NCBI RefSeq assembly: GCF_001194135.2
Contig: NC_068982.1
Span: 137,581,766 to 137,645,765 of the forward strand
DNA: 64,000 bases
Direction: 5' to 3'
From: Octopus bimaculoides
Taxonomy: Eukaryota
Of this stretch, positions 11,166 through 23,500 are shown piece after piece. A program made the translations under genes and the position numbers. How positions within the stretch are numbered: the stretch's first letter is position 1; each line of letters opens with the position of its first letter. The notes below the pieces were generated by a model. That model saw only the letters and a list, made by a program, of their open reading frames with translations. It had not been told where the DNA came from and did no database searches.

Positions 11166-13794
11166 TTTTCCTACAACACTAACTAAACAACCGCGCCGTT
11201 ATTTATTTACTTATTTATTTTTAAGTTATTTTAAAGTTTTATTTTTCTTATTTTGTTATTGACGTTGCCATCCTCCTTCTTCTCCTCCTCCTCCTCCTCC
11301 CTCCGTAATTATCAAGTTGTTATTATTATTGATGGTGTGACTGTTATTTGTTGGTGTTGTCAGTATGTTCGGTTGTGCCTTACTCTGGCTTATGTCGTCT
11401 TTAATCTCGTGTTTTGTGTAGTGGAGTGCAACAATAACCCAATATTTTGATCACTACGAACAGAATAAGATATACTACACACACACATATATATATATAT
11501 TATATATATACCGTTTGTAGAAGTAACTGGCGAGGCTAAACTTGGGTGTGTATACATTTTAAGCAATATTTTGGTGGAATGGTCGAATCGTTAGAACGCC
11601 GAACAAAATACCTTGTCTATTTCTTCTGGCTTGTTACGTTCTGGTTTCGATCAACACCATAGTCAACTTTTCTTTTCATCTTTTCGGGGTCGATAAAATA
11701 AGGTACCAGCCAAGTATTGGGATCGACTAACCCCCGACTCCTAAGTCTTGGGCCTACATTACAAACAATTATTTCTCTCTATTTTCTCTGCCGGTTAAAA
11801 AAAAAAAAAGTGTGTTTGTGAATGTATGTATGAATGCTTTGCCGTGTTTTACTCATTTGACTGCGGCCATGCTGCAGCACCACCTTGAAGTTTTGTGGGT
11901 TGTTTTTTTAAAATGAAACGAATAGAACGAAGTACTTATTTTGGTAATTTTTATATTAACACCCGCACGATTTTCACTTAAGAAAGGAAGAAAAAAAAAA
12001 CTCGGATTTTTTGCGTGGAACCAAACACCCTGACCTCCTAATATGCTGCAAATTCCTTATTTTGGTTCGGAAGAGGGGGGGGCTCCCCCTATCCCGGAAT
12101 CTTTGGAATTTTGGTAAATTTAATATAAAAATTTACCCTTATTTTTTTGATCTGGTACTTATTCTACCAGTTGCTTAGGTCGAACCGCTAAATTGCAGGG
12201 CCGTATACAAACCAACACCGGCTGTCAAGCGATAGCAAGGGACAAACACGCTGACACACGCAAATGCACACGTACCTGCGCACGCGGGCGTGAATAACAT
12301 TTATAATAAATCTGTAAAAAAAAAGTGTAATTTACAAAAGTAAACAGTAAGAATATTTATTTATTTACTGTTTACATCTGTGTTTATTCAGTAGAAGCCG
12401 CTTATTGTAATCACGGAGTATGTTTATCAAATGGTTATTGGTACCAGCTGTAGTGGATCCCAAACACACTGAGGACATTGCTTCATGTTGTCAATCGGTT
12501 ATTGTTACTTAAACGCCTCAGTGATCAAAAGAGGGCGGGTCTGATATAGTCTCTATGTATGATATATATTGCCAGCTCTGGTCCAACCCATGCCAGCATG
12601 TAAAATGGACGTTGAAGGATGATGATGACATATTGTTGTTGTTGTTTAACCCCAGGTCAGCTCCGATGGAGCAAACATGATCACAGGCATACCAACCACG
12701 ATCATCCCGTCATATTTTTTTTTTTAGGCATTATGTATCTAGGACAACATCAGGCATTCTTATACCAAAAGAATGTCCAACATGTGGCCTTTGTTCCTTT
12801 TTTAAAAACAAAAAAAGCAATATGGTTCTGGGTTCAGTCCCACTGCGTGGCACCTTGGGCAGGTGTCTTTTACTATAACCTCGGGCCGACCAAAGCCTTG
12901 GGAGTGGAAACTGAAAGAATCCCGTCGTATATATGTATATGTATATATCTATATATGTATGTGTGTCCCCCAACATCGCTTGACAACCGATGCTGGTGGG
13001 TTTACGTAACTTAACGGTTCGGCAAAGAGACCGATAGAATAAGTACTAGGCTTACAAAGAATAAGTCTTGGGGTCGATTTCTTCGACTAAATGCGGTGCT
13101 CCAGCATGGCCGCAATCAAATGACTGAAACAAGTAAAAGAGTATATACATATACATATATACACACACATACATATATACATATACATACACGCATATTT
13201 TCCGAACGTTCTTACTTTCCGTGTTACAAACACGATTTATTTAGATTTTGTTTTGTTTAACTTTTTTTTCTCATTTTTTATCTTTTTTCCAGGTTTTGCG
13301 TCCACACAAAGAAATTAGTTTCCTATAGTTGTTTTTTCTTTTCCTTTNNNNNNNNNNNNNNNNNNNNNNNNNNNNNNNNNNNNNNNNNNNNNNNNNNNNN
13401 NNNNNNNNNNNNNNNNNNNNNNNNNNNNNNNNNNNNNNNNNNNNNNNNNNNNNNNNNNNNNNNNNNNNNNNNNNNNNNNNNNNNNNNNNNNNNNNNNNNN
13501 NNNNNNNNNNNNNNNNNNNNNNNNNNNNNNNNNNNNNNNNNNNNNNNNNNNNNNNNNNNNNNNNNNNNNNNNNNNNNNNNNNNNNNNNNNNNNNNNNNNN
13601 NNNNNNNNNNNNNNNNNNNNNNNNNNNNNNNNNNNNNNNNNNNNNNNNNNNNNNNNNNNNNNNNNNNNNNNNNNNNNNNNNNNNNNNNNNNNNNNNNNNN
13701 NNNNNNNNNNNNNNNNNNNNNNNNNNNNNNNNNNNNNNNNNNNNNNNNNNNNNNNNNNNNNNNNNNNNNNNNNNNNNNNNNNNNNNNNNNNNNN

Positions 13795-14102
13795 CCCAGA
13801 CCGAGCGTTGTGAGTGTTTATTGAGCGAAAACACCTAAAGCTCCACGAGGCTCCGGCAGGGGGTGGTGACGAAACCTGCTGTACTCTTCCACCACAACTT
13901 TTTCTCACTCTTACTTCCTGTTTCTGTTGTACTTGTATTTCAAAGGGCCAGCCTTGTCACGCTGAATATCCCCGAGAACTACGTTAAGGGTACACGTGTC
14001 TGTGGAGTGCTCAGTCACTTGCACGTTAATTTCACGAGCAGGCTGTTCCGTTGATCGAATCAACTGGAACCCTCGACGTCGTAAGCGACGGAGTGCCAAC
14101 AG
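13795..14102 (+). mobile_element. tRNA-derived SINE family D (second copy with intact tRNA-like head at 30836-31172)
   Basis: The two copies are colinear (gtgagtgtttattgagcgaaaacacctaaagctccacga ... ggatcaactggaaccctc). The head gtggttagggcagcggactc...ggtttcgattcc carries A/B boxes. Confidence 0.75.
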
Positions 14103-14195
14103 CATCGTGGGCAAATCCATTTTACTATAATCTCGGATCAATTGAATTTTTGTAAGTGGACACAGAATGGCTGAAACTTTATAAGACTCCGCAGA

Positions 14196-15778
14196 GTGAA
14201 CTGTGAGGCGGAGGCGGCAGTTCATGCCACTAGAGCTTTCACCAACTTGCCTTCTGAGTTGCCAAAGGTCATCCCCAAACTATATTGCAGGAATGCTTTC
14301 GATTCCATCAGTCAGGATATCGTCTTCAGTGCAAGCAAGGGAGAATGCCCCACAGCTTTATATCTTTGCTTGGCAAGCTTATCGTGAGCTCTCCTACCTC
14401 TCCTTTGGTGACCACCTCATCCCATTTGCCTCTGAAGTTCAGCAAGGTGACCCATTTGGACCTGTTCTGTTTGCACTAGGCATTCATGATGTCACCAAGA
14501 TGGGAGCTGACCTGGACTTGAATGTTTGATATCTTGATGATGCTTGTTTGGTAAGGTCGTTGCAACGACGAGGACGACGATTGAGGAACTTGGTAGTAGA
14601 GGACTTAGCGTTAACAGTTCCAAATGCGAACTCTGGGTCCTCAACATCCAACTTCATATCAGCAGACTGTGAACCTATTTACAGATTTATTGCCTTCTAT
14701 CGCGGTTCTTCCTTCATCAGTGTGGTGCTCTCTTGGAGACCAGTTATTGACCGAGCTTTCGTGTCCAGCTTTCGATCCAAGATGGCTAACTTTGAGCAAC
14801 TTTTCAAAAACGTTGAGATAATTGAGCCCCAACAAGGTTCTTTTATTTTAAACTTAGGAATTACTTGTCATTTCCTAAGTTATCGTATTTTCTCAGACTC
14901 TTATAGATTCTTGTCATCTCTTCAATGCTTGGACGACCTAATCTTCAGGAAATTCGAATGTTTGGTCAATGTCGAAGCTGCTTTGTTCAAACGGTTTGGT
15001 GGAGGTCTGCGTGAGTGCTCGTCTCTATTTTTTTCCTGTTTTCGTTTCTCCATCCACGCTTGCTCCCCTTTGGTAGGCAACATCCTTTCCCCTCCCCCAC
15101 CAACATGGACTAGTTCCATCAGGGAAATGAATGAAGCTCTGTTACAGTGGAGAGAGAGATTTGGGTTTGTCAGTCCCTGATACAGTTGAAGAAAGACAGA
15201 AGCAGAGATGCCACTTACAACTGTCAGATGCGACTCTCTCTCTCTTCGATCACTCTGATCAATTTTCAAGGTGTCGCCTACTTTCTGGAAGTGCAAAATT
15301 CTCGGGAGACTGGACTGATGCCCTGCCTGTGGCCAACATTGGTGGTCTACTCAATGGGAGCCGGCATCTGTGGGCGGGGGCTGAAATGTCGCTGTGGTAG
15401 GCCTCTCGATTCCACATGTCTTCATGGCCTGTCTTTCCGCCTAAATGCTAGTCGTTTCGCTCGTCATACCGAACTAAACTTAAACGTTAAGCGGGTCCTG
15501 GCTCGGGTCAATGTCCCCTTAGTTCTGGAGCCGGCAGGATTTTCCAAAAGTGATGGGAAGAGACCAGATGGTCTTACCCTCTGTCCCTGGATAAGAGGTA
15601 GGTGCTTCATCTGGGATGCCATAGTTGTGACTCCTTTGTTCCTTCGCACATCCTGGACCCTGCAGTAAATGGGAGGGTCACTGCTTCCGTAGCCAAACGG
15701 AACAAAATCCTTAATTATCAGGACCTTAAGTATGGGACCAGCCTGTATCGTTTCAAACATTTGGAGGCGCTGGGTAAC
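14196..15778 (+). mobile_element. Decayed CRE-clade (RLE-type) non-LTR retrotransposon: RT plus zinc knuckle and restriction-like endonuclease
   Basis: Frameshifted translations show CEAEAAVHATR, LYCRNAFDSI, VQQGDPFGPVLFALGI and YLDD (RT), then CRCG..HGL, ARHTELN and KRPDGLTLCPWIRGRCFIWDA (CRE-type RLE). Confidence 0.85.
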
Positions 15779-15779
15779 T

Positions 15780-16620
15780 AACAGCGAAGTTCCTGTCATC
15801 GCTGGCTATTGTTCTGTGATTAACAACCGGTGGTGGAGTGCCCTCAAAAGAGCCTTTCGAATTGAGTCGATTAGATTTAGCAAGCAGTTAAGTCTAGAGC
15901 AGACTAGAGTAGAAAGGGAATTAGTTAAGGCAGTAGAAGAATCAGTTAAGGCATTGAGAACGGGCTCTGCGTCACAAGTGTTGGCGGCGAGATCGGCACT
16001 GGACCAACACCTCAATGCTAAACACGAAGGATGCAGAGTCCGGCATACGTGCAATGGGCCGTGAAGGTATCGACGTTGCCGGATGGGCTCGCTCGGAAGA
16101 AACCCGACGTAGCATGGAGGCTACGNNNNNNNNNNNGAGGCCTTTCACAAGCACTTCGCCGCGTTGTTCGGGAGGGGCCATGGGGATGCCTTACGGCGTT
16201 TCCTGGCCGGCGGCCCGTGTCTTTCGGCACGCGATGCTGAGCGCTGTGAAGGACCGATCACGGCCGAGGAAGTCATAAAGGTGCTTTCCGAGTGCCCCGG
16301 GGATAAGTCGCCGGGACTGGATGGTATACCATACGAATTTTATAGTAGTATGCCAGGCTTGTTCGGGAACGTACTGGCCGGTGTGTACACGGATTGGCAG
16401 CAGAATGGGAGGATTCCCAAAGCTGTGAGCCGAGGAGTGGTGACACTGATCAGGAAGGACTCGAGCAAGGGGGATAACATTAATAACTTTCGGCCCATAA
16501 CTCTGCTAAATACAGAGTTAAAGATTTTGGCCAAGGTGCTAGCTAAGAGAGTGAGGATTGTCATGGACGACCTGGCGGGAGAGGCACAGACATGTGCCAT
16601 CCCAGGAAAGACGATACAAA
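15780..16620 (+). mobile_element. L1/Tx1-clade LINE ORF2 fragment (linker and N-terminal RT)
   Basis: WWSALKRAFR..., then EGPITAEEV...KSPGLDGIPYEFY...RGVVTLIRK...NFRPITLLNTELKILAKVLAKR...QTCAIPGK. Confidence 0.85.
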
Positions 16621-17248
16621 TCATGATTCCCGCAGGAATGACTGCTTATCTCCAGACTATTGACATGCCATAAATAAACCATCCAAGGACCATTTACGCA
16701 TGGAAATCAATGACTACATCGAAAACAGAATGGTAACAAATCAGCGTGGAAGCTTTGAGAAACCTAGCCTGCAAGTGATCGTGACTTGAGTGACGAATTC
16801 ATGGAACAAAATCACAGAAAACTGTGTTGCCAATGCACTACGAGCAGACTACCTGGACAAGAACTTCTCATTCAATGAGACATCTGAGACGAAAGTTCTG
16901 CAGGAAATGGAGTCACACGAAAACTCCGCAGGAATTTTTGAATTTGGTGATTCGCACAACAATGACATTCCACAGGACGATGACATGACTGTTTTTGAAT
17001 GAGTTGTTGTTTATGAGTTTCTGAGTAAAAGAATATGTAAATCGTCTGGTAAATATAGATCGCTTTTTGTTTGTTTGTTTTTTTTTTTGTAATTTCTGTT
17101 CTTTTTGTAGTTTCGTAATTTTGTATTTCATAATGTCGTTTTTCGATACATGAAAAAATATGAACTTCCCTGAAATAAACCTTAGTACGTCATTTCGGAG
17201 TGAAAATGAATATAAGCCCTATCTTGTTTGGGCGGGGACAACACAGTA
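16620..17248 (+). mobile_element. pogo/Tigger-like DDE transposase 3' fragment with decayed right TIR
   Basis: MIPAGMTAYLQTID..NKPSKDHLRMEI and SWNKITENCVANALRA, colinear with ORF 40957-41330. The right end resembles the TIR seen at 41751-41774. Confidence 0.75.
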
Positions 17249-17369
17249 GTAACATAAACAAGAAAAGAAAGAAGAAGCAAAGATACATCCCTGATTACAA
17301 CATTAATTAGTCACATCAAAATACCCTAAACTTCTTCAGTTTATCCTACAGATATTGCCTTTCTTTCGT

Positions 17370-17676
17370 TGAAGGTGCTGATTATAATATCTAGCTTATT
17401 TTATAGGAAGATCATCACCGCGGAGGCCAGATCACATTTGCGGTTGATCTCCAGGGTCAGGTCTTCATTGTTGATGACTGTGGAACCCAGGCAGATGAAG
17501 GAGATGACAGGCTCCACGACGTCGGAGCCAATATGGAGAGCAGTGGGGTCCTGGCCATCGTCGACATACATCGGCTTGGGCTTCACCCAACTCACCTGAA
17601 GGACAGGTTTTTCTGATTCCTCTTGGTATATAGTCAGTGCGTCTCTGAGCTGGTCGACTGAGTTGCCCAATAGGGT
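17370..17676 (-). mobile_element. RTE-clade LINE RT fragment, portion downstream of the YADD motif
   Basis: TLLGNSVDQLRDALTIYQEESEK...VSWVKPK...VEPVISFICLGSTV...EINRK continues the fragment at 19125-19310. Confidence 0.8.
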
Positions 17677-19124
17677 TGTAGCGTACGCTTGAAGGAAATT
17701 CCTCTCTCTCTCTCTTTCTCTCTGTTATATATACATAAATACGGACGTAGTAGATAACAGCAAGCCTTCGGCCGTCCTTTTGGGCCCTGTTGTGTCCACT
17801 ACTCTGGTTGATATTGGCGCAATTTGTCTCTTGCTCTATTGCGCGCCAACATGCAACCCAACCAATCACAGCCTTCTGATAAGGTCACGTGAGACAGTCT
17901 CTTCTAAACCTCAGTTTGCGCCGACTGCTCACTATAAAAATCTAGCTTCACATAGAGTCGATGTCTTTTGGTTCCAGACCTTTTGAGGTCTAGCCACTGA
18001 CCACACAAAACACAGCTAATTCCAGCGACGACACAACAGTAGCCACGTGGAGACTCATCAACACTCGTCCAACAGCATACTGCAATCTCTTTATTCGTCG
18101 TCAACATCATCTCTCTACGTACACAGTGTAAATGGTTAATAGTTGTAATAGAGACATTAGTCTCTCTCTATCACCTTTCAACATAATCATATATTAAGGA
18201 ACAGTAGAACGATTAACAACATAATAAAAATAAGTTTTATTTTGATGATGTTTGGTTTTATAAATCCTGTGTCACTCAGCTTAGCAGCCGCTGATTATAT
18301 TGTAATTGGTATTGGAAGATTAAGAGCTTCCTTGATGCATGCCAGAGAAGCAAATAGCTATCATATCGATAGCATCGTGGTGAAGAGTGCTTTGTTGAGG
18401 AGCGAAGTGTTGTCACGTCGAAGGTCTCTCGCTCAACTCGCCTACAAAGTGAAACAAACTCTTTAAGTACTAGTTTTACTACGCATGCGCACTCAAGGAG
18501 CTTCCGGAAAGGCAATTTTCTTGCGCATGTGTAGATAGTACTTCCTCAATGGCAGCTATAATTTCGCGCCACTACAACAGCAAGCAACACCCGCACAGAT
18601 TCTATCACAACACTGTTCGTGAATTACTTCACCATGCTTAACAGCAAATACAACCTGCGACAACCTCCTGTAACAAGTGACCGGCAGCAGCATCGTAGTC
18701 ACAACTTCATGTACGACATGTACCTCAACCGGCTCTGCATTACAGTCACAACTTCTTGATACAGCATTTCAACTATCGTGTACCTTGACTACGAACTGGT
18801 ATTTATCATCCTTGTGTCTGAACATTCTTCTAACGTCATATCATAGATTCTTTCAATGCTCTGTACTTATCGCACACGCATACATCCATGCCTATGCATA
18901 CACACACTTTGTTCTCATGGCGGCCTGTCTATTATGTATATATGACGCATACACAGACACATGTTAACCTATGAATAAAATCTTCTCTTAAACATTCTAC
19001 CCGGTTGTGTCTCTCTTTACCTTCAGGCACTTATACTCATTTATCCTTTTCATATTTATTGTATCGACCGTGTGATGTGCAAAGGAGCCAATCTCGTCAT
19101 CTTAACTTCGCACGGTCGTCTACA
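17677..19124. mobile_element. Solo LTR (Gypsy-like), 1448 bp
   Basis: Begins TGTAG and ends CTACA (5-bp inverted termini), with a 4-bp TSD GGGT at 17673-17676 and 19125-19128. Removing it restores the RTE reading DTTLL. AATAAA at 18974. Confidence 0.75.
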
Positions 19125-19310
19125 GGGTGGTGTCGTCTGCATACTCCAGGTCGGTAAGGTAGTAGTTCACAAAGGTAACACTAGAGACTTGCACACAGAG
19201 CTTGGTCATCAGATAATTGATAACACAGTTGAAGAAGTCGGTGGCGGCCACGCAATCTTCTCTGATCCTGCTATTGATGAAGAACCAGTCCGTGTCCTTC
19301 TCTTTTATTA
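19125..19310 (-). mobile_element. RTE-clade LINE RT fragment containing the catalytic YADD
   Basis: Minus translation WFFINSRIREDCVAATDFFNCVINYLM...YLTDLEYADDTT. Confidence 0.8.
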
Positions 19311-21216
19311 AAACATTTAAAAAACAATAAACTGAAATACAAAAATTCGATAGGGGAATATTGTGGAAGGTGTTTAACTGCCGACCACTAATACTTTATC
19401 TCTACAAAGCAATGTGTAGTGATTTATCAAAAGCGTTTGTTCATCACAACATATCAATGAATTGATCATGATGAAGCGAGAAGGTTAGCAAATTATACTT
19501 TCAATGTTCATTGTATTAAACAAATATCCCGTGCCGCGTTTAATTTCTCTCAGTCAGTTCATCGATGTCAATGATGTCGACCTCAGTTGTCACAGGCGTT
19601 TGTGTAAACAGAACCAGCCATCTCTTTTATCCATAAATAATTTCGAAATACTTTCTGATTCAAATAAAATCATTCTCCAAGTATCGTTTCATTGTCGAGA
19701 ATTATTTAGTAGAGTTTTATTACCGAACGTAATTTTATCGCTGTATTTGATGGCATAAAAGATGCGTGGGCATCGTAGAACTAATGCACTCTAATTTCAG
19801 CAGCGCATTTTCAGGAAAAATGTTGTTTTGTGTTTTTTTGGGGGGTTTTTTTTGTGCAGTAAAGCATATATTTAAAACAACTTCGCATATAGAAGCCGGT
19901 GTGATATTTTTGAGATATTGTTTTGCAAGTGCGTCACATACGGTATATTTTTGTGCTGATCACTGCTAACTTCAGTAGTTTCACTTTGTGGATCATAAAA
20001 CGAAACATTGGTTGTTTGGAGGGAAGTGCCACCTGGAAAAATATTCTTGATTCTAGATCATTTATTTACGTCGCTAATGTCCTTGATAAAAATACAAACG
20101 TGTTAATCGCATTTAGGTCCAATGCTGAAGTAAACACACACACGAAAACACGCATACACGCACACAAACACATACACGCACACATACACACACACACATA
20201 AACACACGCACACACACACACATACACACGTGCACACACACATATGGCAGACCTACACAAATATTCCCCCCCCCAAGACTTTGTTTCCTCATAAGTTCCA
20301 GAAAAATGGATATTTTTTAATGAAAGTTTATACGTATATACTTATGATGATTTAGGTTCCGATTCTACCAGAATTTGTTGTAAAAAAATATTTCCGAGGG
20401 TGTGGGGAGAAGAGTTTCGGAAAATTCAGATCAGTCCGCTTTGTTTCCTCATAAACTTTCAGAAAAATGCGTATTTTTGGATGAAATTTTCTACAAATAC
20501 CTCTGAGATTGCGTAGATTAGGATTATATCGGAACTTAATATGAGCAAAAAAGAAAAACTTTGATGGTCTCGCTTACATCCATTCTGCCACATATCACAA
20601 TATATCTACAAAACGAGACTTGAAATTTCGGAAAAAGTTGTGATGTGTGTTATTATGTACGTGCGTGCGTTCACCATTTTTTTTTTTTTCACATTGAATT
20701 CCGTTATGTCTGTAATCTNNNNNNNNNNNNNNNNNNNNNNNNNNNNNNNNNNNNNNNNNNNNNNNNNNNNNNNNNNNNNNNNNNNNNNNNNNNNNNNNNN
20801 NNNNNNNNNNNNNNNNNNNNNNNNCATACCTCGGGAAAATATTTTTGCACCAAATTCCGATATAATCGGAATCTACACCGTCTGAAACGTATTTGTAGAA
20901 ATTTCATTAAAAAATGACCATTTTTCTGAAGGGTACGCCTTTGGGTGGGGGTGGGGGTGTGTGTGTGTGGCCGATACTAATATTATTTATTTCTGCTCTA
21001 GGCAGAAATAAATAATATTTTATAGAAATCATATAAAACCTCCTAATATAATAATGTGCGTAGTGTTTTTATATATTTGTATCATCATCATCATCATCAT
21101 TATCATCATTTAATATCCGCTTCCCATGCTGGCATGGGTTGGACGGTTTGACTGAGGACTGGCAAGCCAGTGAATGAGACATGCACACACACAGAAATAT
21201 ACAGATCGTCGTCGAC

Positions 21217-21350
21217 TTACGACTTATCCGCCTTATGACCTTATCCACCTTACGACCTATCCGTCTTACGATCTATCCGCCCTACGACCTACCCGTCTTA
21301 CGACCTATCCGCCTTACAACCTATCTGCCTTACGACCTATCCGCCTTACG
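21217..21350 (+). repeat. 16-bp minisatellite (TTACGACCTATCCGCC)n, about 8 copies
   Basis: Directly visible tandem units with point variants. Confidence 0.85.
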
Positions 21351-21694
21351 ACCGATTGACTTTATGATGATTAGTGTGCCAACCCCCGGCAACAATAAAA
21401 TAGATAGTCCAGTTGAAATCTAATGGGTCTAGTTTCTTAAAAATTAACCCATTTATGGATAACGTCAGCTAACAAGCGACATCGAAGATCCACAGCCAAG
21501 CCAGCAGACTACAATAAACTTATTTTGTAAGTTTTGCTAGTGTTTCTTACACTACTTTGTGTATTTCTTGTATTTGTATTCTTTGGGACTTTTCTATAAA
21601 CAAATAATACTGTTACAGTTCTATATTTAAGAGATGAAGAATTATGTACATTATTTACATTGGATGGCTATTTGTCCTCATCTTGTTTGTTGTT

Positions 21695-21742
21695 AACACA
21701 ACGTTTCGGCTGATATATACCCTCCAGCCTTCATCGGGTGTC
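21695..21742 (-). ncRNA. Penelope-type minimal hammerhead-like motif with a core substitution (CCGATGA)
   Basis: gacac-CCGATGA-a-ggctg gagggtatatat cagcc-GAAA-cgt-T-gtgtt; same family as 40450-40495. Confidence 0.5.
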
Positions 21743-23112
21743 TTGGGGAAATTTTGAACCTGGGTTCTCATTCTTAAGGTATGTGTGCATGCATGTGTGT
21801 CATTCTTTGCAATTGGTAATGTTTTCCAGTTTCATTCCAGCTTCCTTCCTTTCCCCTTCTCCCATTTGCCACCCCACCCTTCTACACACACACACACACA
21901 CATGCAAACTTCCCTTCTTTACTCTTGTTTCTCCTTCCACCACAACTCCACTCCCTTTCTTTCCTTCATTATCTTCTAGCCTTTCTCTCAACCTGTTTCT
22001 CTCTACTCCCCCATCTGCCCCCCTCCCCCCTCTCTCTCTACCTGCCTTCAACCCTCTTGTTTTTTTTTCCCCTCACAAAAATACTGAAACATTGCAATTT
22101 GACAAACCAAGGAATATTCCAAAAATACTTTATCAGATCAATTGTTGCCATAACAACAAAGAAGGGAGAAAAAAGGAAAACGAAGATGGCTAAAGCAGAA
22201 AAATATGATGATAATGATTACGATGGTGGTGGTGGTGGTGGTGATGATGATTATGATGATGATGATGATGATTATGATGAAGAGGTAGAGTAGGAGGAGG
22301 AGGAGGAGGGGAAGGAAAGGATTTACTACTACTACTACTACTACTAAATAATGACAACTTCATGTCTTAAACACTGTTTTACTTTCATTTGTAGTTTCTG
22401 TGATTGGGGCATCGCTTTGAAAAGTTTCAATCAGCCATCTCAATTCCAGTACTCAGGTTTCATTTCAAGTCTGGAACTTAATTTATCTAATAGGGGATGT
22501 AATCTAACAAACATTTGTTTTTGAACAGTGTAGCTTAAAGACAAGTTGGGGAGAGAGAGAGAGAGAGAGAGAACTCACTCACATGCACGCACACATGATG
22601 GGGGCGGGGACAAACACAGACACAGAGATACATGCACATAGATATATACATACATACATATATACATATATATGACAGGCTTCTTCTAGTTTCCATCTAC
22701 CAAATCCACTCACAAGGCTCTAGTCGGCCCGAGGCTATAGTAGAAGACACTTGCCCAAGGTGCCATGCAGTGGGACCGAACCTGGAACATGTGGTTGGGA
22801 AGTAAGCTTTTTACCACACAGCCATATCATTATCATTGTCATCATCATCATCGTTTAACATCCGGCTTCCATACTGGCATGGGTTGGGCGGTTTGGCAGG
22901 AGCCGGCCAGACAGAAGACTGCACCAAACTTCTGTGTCTGTTTTTGTATGGTTTTTATGGCTGGGTACCCTTCCTAACACGAACCATCCCACAGAGTGGT
23001 TGGTCCGTATATAATTATATATATATATATATATATATAGCCATTTAAGAATTCATGTCTGGAAAAATGTACACTTATATTTGTCGGTAGAGTGGATANN
23101 NNNNNNNNNNNA

Positions 23113-23500
23113 AATGCTTAGCGGTATTTTGTCTGTGTTTACATTCTGGGTTCAAATTCCGTCGAGGTTGACTTTGCCTTTCATCCTTTCGGGGTCGATA
23201 AATTAAGTACCAGTTACGCACTGGGGTAGATGTAATCGACTTAATCCCTTTGTCTGTCCCTGTTCGTCCCCTCTATGTTTAGCCCTTTGTGGGCAATAAA
23301 GAAATAAGAAACGTTAGCACGCCGGGCAAAATGTTTAGCGGTATTTCATCTGTCTTTACGTTCTGAGTTCAAATTCTGCCTTGGTCGACTTTGCCTTTCA
23401 TTCTATCGGGGTCAATAAATTAAGTACCAGTTACATACTGGCTTGATCTAATCGACTGCCCCCCCACCTCCCAAAATTATGGGTCTTGTGCCTAGAGTAG
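23113..23500 (+). mobile_element. tRNA-derived SINE family C (core gcctttcatcctttcggggtcgataaattaagtaccag), two tandem copies
   Basis: Recurs at 2480-2670(-), 11570-11760(+), 43130-43260(+), 55315-55480(-) and 60722-60953(-). The core resembles the Nin/Sauria-type SINE domain, from memory and not from a search. Confidence 0.75.

Noticed and set aside
21217-21350. 16-bp repeat array as a CRISPR array
   Set aside because: The units are contiguous with no spacers.
22187-22345. Acidic poly-D/G/E reading (MAKAEKYDDNDYDGGGG...)
   Set aside because: It is a compound trinucleotide microsatellite without convincing splice context or homology.
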